Shown here: positions 61,083 to 64,000 of the stretch, one piece after another
Layout of the letters: each line of letters starts with the position of its first letter
Position numbering within the stretch: the stretch's first letter is position 1
DNA from: an uncultured virus (IMG/VR IMGVR_UViG_3300042291_002144)
Lineage: Duplodnaviria; Heunggongvirae; Uroviricota; Caudoviricetes
IMG/VR virus record: IMGVR_UViG_3300042291_002144
Length of the DNA stretch: 64,000 nucleotides
Strand: one strand, 5' to 3'
Position numbers and translations under genes: made by a program
The notes under the pieces: model-generated
Told to the model about the DNA's origin: nothing
The model's input: only the letters and a program-made list of their open reading frames with translations
Database searches by the model: none

Positions 61083-61309
61083 TGACTTGGATTAAAATAA
61101 ATCATACACTAGGGTCAATCTATCTTAACTTAGATCAAGTATATCGATATGAACAGACTTCACCAACTGAATTAACTTTTTATGATGCTAATTCAATTTT
61201 ACCTACATCATATAGTTTTTCAACAAGTTTAGAACTTACCCAGTTTATTGCTAAGCTTGTAAGTATTTCAAAAGTAATAGATATAGATCAGTTAGCTACA
61301 CAAGGATGA
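61082..61309 (+). CDS. Hypothetical protein
   Basis: Coupled ORF. Confidence 0.55.
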   Translation: MTWIKINHTLGSIYLNLDQVYRYEQTSPTELTFYDANSILPTSYSFSTSLELTQFIAKLVSISKVIDIDQLATQG

Positions 61310-62418
61310 AATTAGAAAATATTAGAAAGGTATTTATACTTGGTGATCTTCACTTAGGTATCAGAAATAATTCGCTCGAGTGGTCAGACATTCAGAGCGA
61401 TTTTCTTATTAACTACTTTTTAAATAAAGTTGAAGAAGAAGGATTTGACCCAGAAAAAGATATACTTGTTCAAGTTGGAGATTGGAATCATGTTCGTGAA
61501 TCTACGAATGTTAGAATCTATAAATTATCTTTAATGATCGCTGAAGCCTTTACTAAAAAGTTTAAAAGAGGTGTATATGTTATCTTAGGCAATCATGATG
61601 TATATTATAAAGATCGTACTGACACTCATTCACTAGAAGGATTTGATAAAATATATAATAATTTTCATATCTTTGAGAAACCTAAAGTTCTACAGATAAA
61701 CTCTCATAAATTTTTAATGTTGCCTTGGATAGAAAATCTTGAAACGTTAAAAAATACTGTTTCTTCAAATAAGTCATGTAAATATGTTTTTTGCCATGCT
61801 GATTTTAAAGGTTTTAGTTTAAATAAAGTTACTAAACTTGAGCATGGGTTAGAAAAAGAAGATGTTTCAGGATTTAAAAGAATCTATTCAGGCCATATCC
61901 ATATTAGACAACAAAAGGGAAATGTTCTTTATGTTGGAACTCCATATGAAATGGATAGAGGCGATCGTGGAAATACTAAAGGTTTTTATGTGTTAGATGT
62001 AAGCGGTGATGAAGTAACTGAAAAATTTATAGAAAATACTATTTCACCAAAATATATAAAGCATGATATTTCTGATCTACTTCCATTAACTCCAGATAAA
62101 ATTAAAGAGTTATTTAATAATAACTTTGTTGATATCTCAATAGAATCAGATCTATCTAAAAAGTTTCCATTTTCTCAATTTACTGACTTTGTTAAAGGCT
62201 TTGGCCACCGACGTCTTGAATTATCTTCTTATTCAAGAGAATTAATTAAAAATCAAAGTGAAGTAGAACAAAATAGTGATTATTCATATAATATTTTTTC
62301 AATATTAGATGAACATATCCAAAAATTAAATTTACCAATTTCTGAGTCATCTCCATTAATTAATAAATTTAAAGAAGTTTACGATTCACTAAAAAATACA
62401 AAACACTACGATCAATGA
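61306..62418 (+). CDS. Mre11/SbcD-like nuclease (T4 gp47-like)
   Basis: GDLHLG, GD, GNHD, GHIH and YVGTP motifs. Confidence 0.92.
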   Translation: MKLENIRKVFILGDLHLGIRNNSLEWSDIQSDFLINYFLNKVEEEGFDPEKDILVQVGDWNHVRESTNVRIYKLSLMIAEAFTKKFKRGVYVILGNHDVYYKDRTDTHSLEGFDKIYNNFHIFEKPKVLQINSHKFLMLPWIENLETLKNTVSSNKSCKYVFCHADFKGFSLNKVTKLEHGLEKEDVSGFKRIYSGHIHIRQQKGNVLYVGTPYEMDRGDRGNTKGFYVLDVSGDEVTEKFIENTISPKYIKHDISDLLPLTPDKIKELFNNNFVDISIESDLSKKFPFSQFTDFVKGFGHRRLELSSYSRELIKNQSEVEQNSDYSYNIFSILDEHIQKLNLPISESSPLINKFKEVYDSLKNTKHYDQ

Positions 62419-64000
62419 GATTATCTGAATTTTCATATAAAAATATCTTATCATACGGAAATAAGATCCAAACTTTTAAATTTGATGATAAACCTGGACT
62501 AATCCTCGTGGAAGGCGAAAATGGAAGTGGCAAATCATCAATCAAAGAAGCTTTAACTGTTGCTATATATGGAAGATCAGCTATTCGTAAAATGAAAGAT
62601 ATTCCAAATTGGATAAATCGTAATGCTCATACTAATGTTAAATTTATAACTACTTCTGGTGAATCAATTGAATTAACTCGTGGAATTGATCCAAATTTTA
62701 ATGATATTAAAATAAATGGAGCAACATTTAATCTACCAGATAAACGAAAAGTAGATGAATTTATTGAAGATGAATTAGCAAAAATACCATTTTCAGTATT
62801 TTGTAATACTATTAGTCTTTCATTTGATGATTTTAAATCCTTTGTTAACTTAAATAAGGAAGACAAACGAAAAATTGTCGATCGAATATTTGGAATTGAT
62901 ATCTTAGCTGATATGCGAAATCAGGCTAAAAAAGAAGCTTTAGAAAATAAAAAAGTCCTTGATATTCTTGAATCAAATATTACTCTTAATGAGATAAATC
63001 TTGAAAATTATACTTCTCAATTAACTTTATTAAAGGATAAGTTAGTAAAAAAGAAAAACGACCTAATTGATCAACTCAGTGACAAAATAAAAACTGCTGA
63101 ATCTGATCTTGACTTGGCTAAATCTAATTATCAAACTATTAAAACTAGCCTAGAAGATCTTAATAAAACTAAAACAGCTGTTTCAGACGACCTAAGTAAA
63201 ATGAAATCATCAATTCGTGATTTTAATAATAAACTTGAACTTTATAATAAAAATAGATGCCCTCAGTGTTTAAATGACCTGCATTCAGATTCATCAATTG
63301 AGATAAAAGAAAAGATTGAAGAAAAATTAAAAAAACTCAATAGAGATCTTCCTAACTTACAAAAAGAAGTTGAAGAGTTAAGTGATAAATCTACTACTTT
63401 ACTTTTAGATAAAGGTACCGCTGAATCAGAATATTATAGAATAAAAGCAGATTTACAAAGCTTAAAGTCCTCATTAGAGGCTTCTCAGGAAACAGATAAT
63501 TCTGATGAATTAACTTCAATTAAAACTATAATTGATGATCTTAGAGATAAACTAAAAGCTGATCAACTTACTCAGTCTTCTCTGCTTAATACTAAAAATC
63601 TATACTTAAATTTAGATGATCTTCTTTCAGATAATGGAATTAAAAAATCAATGATAGATAAAATAATTCCTACCTTAAATTCAAGAATTTTAGAAATATC
63701 TGAGAAATTAGAGTTTAAATTCCCTTTTGAATTTGATAATGATTTTAATCCAATAATTAACTATTTAGGAATGCAAATTTCACCAGATAGTCTATCTACA
63801 GGTCAACGCAAAAAAATGAACTTAATTGTTCTTCTTGCATTTATTGAAATAATTAAAATGAAACATAGTCAAATGAACGTAATGTTCCTAGATGAGATCT
63901 TTAGTTCATTAGATAAAACAAATGTATATCGAGCAATTACAATACTTAAAGAGTATGCTGATAAATATGGAATGACCATCTTTGTAGTATCCCATGAATC
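62415..64000 (+). CDS. Rad50/SbcC-like ATPase (T4 gp46-like), 3'-truncated, not in ORF track
   Basis: MRLSEFSYKNILSYGN..GENGSGKSS; CPQC zinc hook; LSTGQ signature; MFLDEIFSSLD; VVSHE. Confidence 0.93.
   Translation, partial: MRLSEFSYKNILSYGNKIQTFKFDDKPGLILVEGENGSGKSSIKEALTVAIYGRSAIRKMKDIPNWINRNAHTNVKFITTSGESIELTRGIDPNFNDIKINGATFNLPDKRKVDEFIEDELAKIPFSVFCNTISLSFDDFKSFVNLNKEDKRKIVDRIFGIDILADMRNQAKKEALENKKVLDILESNITLNEINLENYTSQLTLLKDKLVKKKNDLIDQLSDKIKTAESDLDLAKSNYQTIKTSLEDLNKTKTAVSDDLSKMKSSIRDFNNKLELYNKNRCPQCLNDLHSDSSIEIKEKIEEKLKKLNRDLPNLQKEVEELSDKSTTLLLDKGTAESEYYRIKADLQSLKSSLEASQETDNSDELTSIKTIIDDLRDKLKADQLTQSSLLNTKNLYLNLDDLLSDNGIKKSMIDKIIPTLNSRILEISEKLEFKFPFEFDNDFNPIINYLGMQISPDSLSTGQRKKMNLIVLLAFIEIIKMKHSQMNVMFLDEIFSSLDKTNVYRAITILKEYADKYGMTIFVVSHE

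Overview
This AT-rich (roughly 30% GC by eye), gene-dense window is part of a large T4-like (jumbo) myovirus genome. The host is probably Bacteroidota: genes have A-rich leaders without Shine-Dalgarno sites, and the RNR, PolB-type exonuclease and Hc1-like protein look Bacteroidota-type. 1-10.5 kb (+) is an array of modular tail fibre/receptor-binding genes. 10.5-33 kb (mostly -) holds neck, tail-completion, collar-domain fibre and large baseplate-like genes. 33-34.3 kb holds a gp55-like late sigma factor, a RuvC-like resolvase and a palindrome-rich divergent intergenic region (candidate origin). 34.4-64 kb (mostly +) holds UvsE, exonucleases, GroEL/GroES, a ribosomal S1-like protein, NrdB/NrdA, candidate capsid-packaged proteins, an Hc1-like protein, gp32 SSB, RNase H, a lysin-like gene, tail sheath, a dUTPase/dCTPase, only the N-terminal half of a family B DNA polymerase, UvsX, gp41 helicase and gp47/gp46. 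Highlights read from the DNA: two promoter classes (bipartite AAC-N15/16-AGTA(T/G/A)AA, about 10 copies; late RATAAATAA, about 13 copies), a split polymerase, four proteins with a T4-like capsid-targeting N-terminus, and a C-terminal motif shared by SSB and helicase. All calls come from motif recognition by eye; no searches were run.
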